From assembly GCA_038087875.1 (NCBI GenBank), contig CM075988.1, forward strand, positions 5,146,001-5,210,000: 64,000 bases of DNA. Reading direction: 5' to 3'. A program made the translations under genes and the position numbers. Of the stretch, positions 63,655 to 64,000 are shown piece after piece. The DNA comes from Malacoraja senta. Its lineage: Eukaryota. How positions within the stretch are numbered: the first letter of the stretch is position 1; each line of letters opens with the position of its first letter. The notes below the pieces were generated by a model. It was not told where the DNA came from and did not search any database. It saw nothing but the letters and a program-made list of their open reading frames with translations.

Positions 63655-63920
63655 ACCATTGAAGGGATTTACCAGAATCGCTGCCTTAGAAAGGCAGCCA
63701 GCATCATCAGAGACCCTCACCACCCTGGCCACGCTCTCATTTCACTCCTGCCATCGGGACGAAGGTACAGGAGCCTGAAAACAATAACGTCCAGGTTCAG
63801 GAACAACTTCTTCCCGACAGCCATCAGGCCATTAAACACAACAACCTCCAAATAAGCTCTGAACTGCATAGACTATTATTGTTATTATTGCACTATTATT
63901 GTTCACTTGTTTTTTATGTG
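63655..63920 (+). mobile_element. Rex/Babar-type LINE ORF C-terminus
   Basis: RCLRKAASIIRDPHHPGHALISLLPSGRRYRSLKTITSRFRNNFFPTAIRPLN. Confidence 0.8.
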
Positions 63921-63925
63921 TACAT

Positions 63926-63926
63926 A

Positions 63927-64000
<74 letters not shown>
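63926..64000 (+). repeat. (GT)n/(TA)n microsatellite running off the window end
   Basis: Seen directly in the sequence. Confidence 0.98.

Overview
This is a eukaryotic, repeat-saturated window with no confidently identifiable host protein-coding gene. The repeat inventory (HE1/V-SINE-type tRNA SINEs with (CTAAA)n tails, HER1/CR1 LINEs, Neptune-type Penelope-like elements) points to a cartilaginous fish, probably a skate or ray; that assignment is an inference. Main content: (i) four decayed DIRS1-type tyrosine-recombinase retrotransposons (8411-12828 +; 24884-29252 + with a sister copy nested at 26385 running into a 200-N gap; 50690-54998 -). They share near-identical termini and ICR, and all begin at an ATT core; three empty sites can be rebuilt. 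(ii) A near full-length Neptune PLE (31552-35098 -) with a 14-bp TSD and a minimal hammerhead ribozyme motif. (iii) Many ~200-bp fold-back PLE mini-insertions, with 12-16-bp TSDs, that turn around at the hammerhead motif. (iv) A ~3.8-kb direct-inverted-direct triplication (47139-50979) whose two junctions lie in short, closely spaced inverted repeats, one of them the DIRS right end/ICR pair. (v) CpG-rich non-coding retroposons with swapped LINE tails, a MITE, and an 8-bp minisatellite with a 120-bp higher-order period grown from a retroposon tail. All comparisons were made by eye; no database searches were run.
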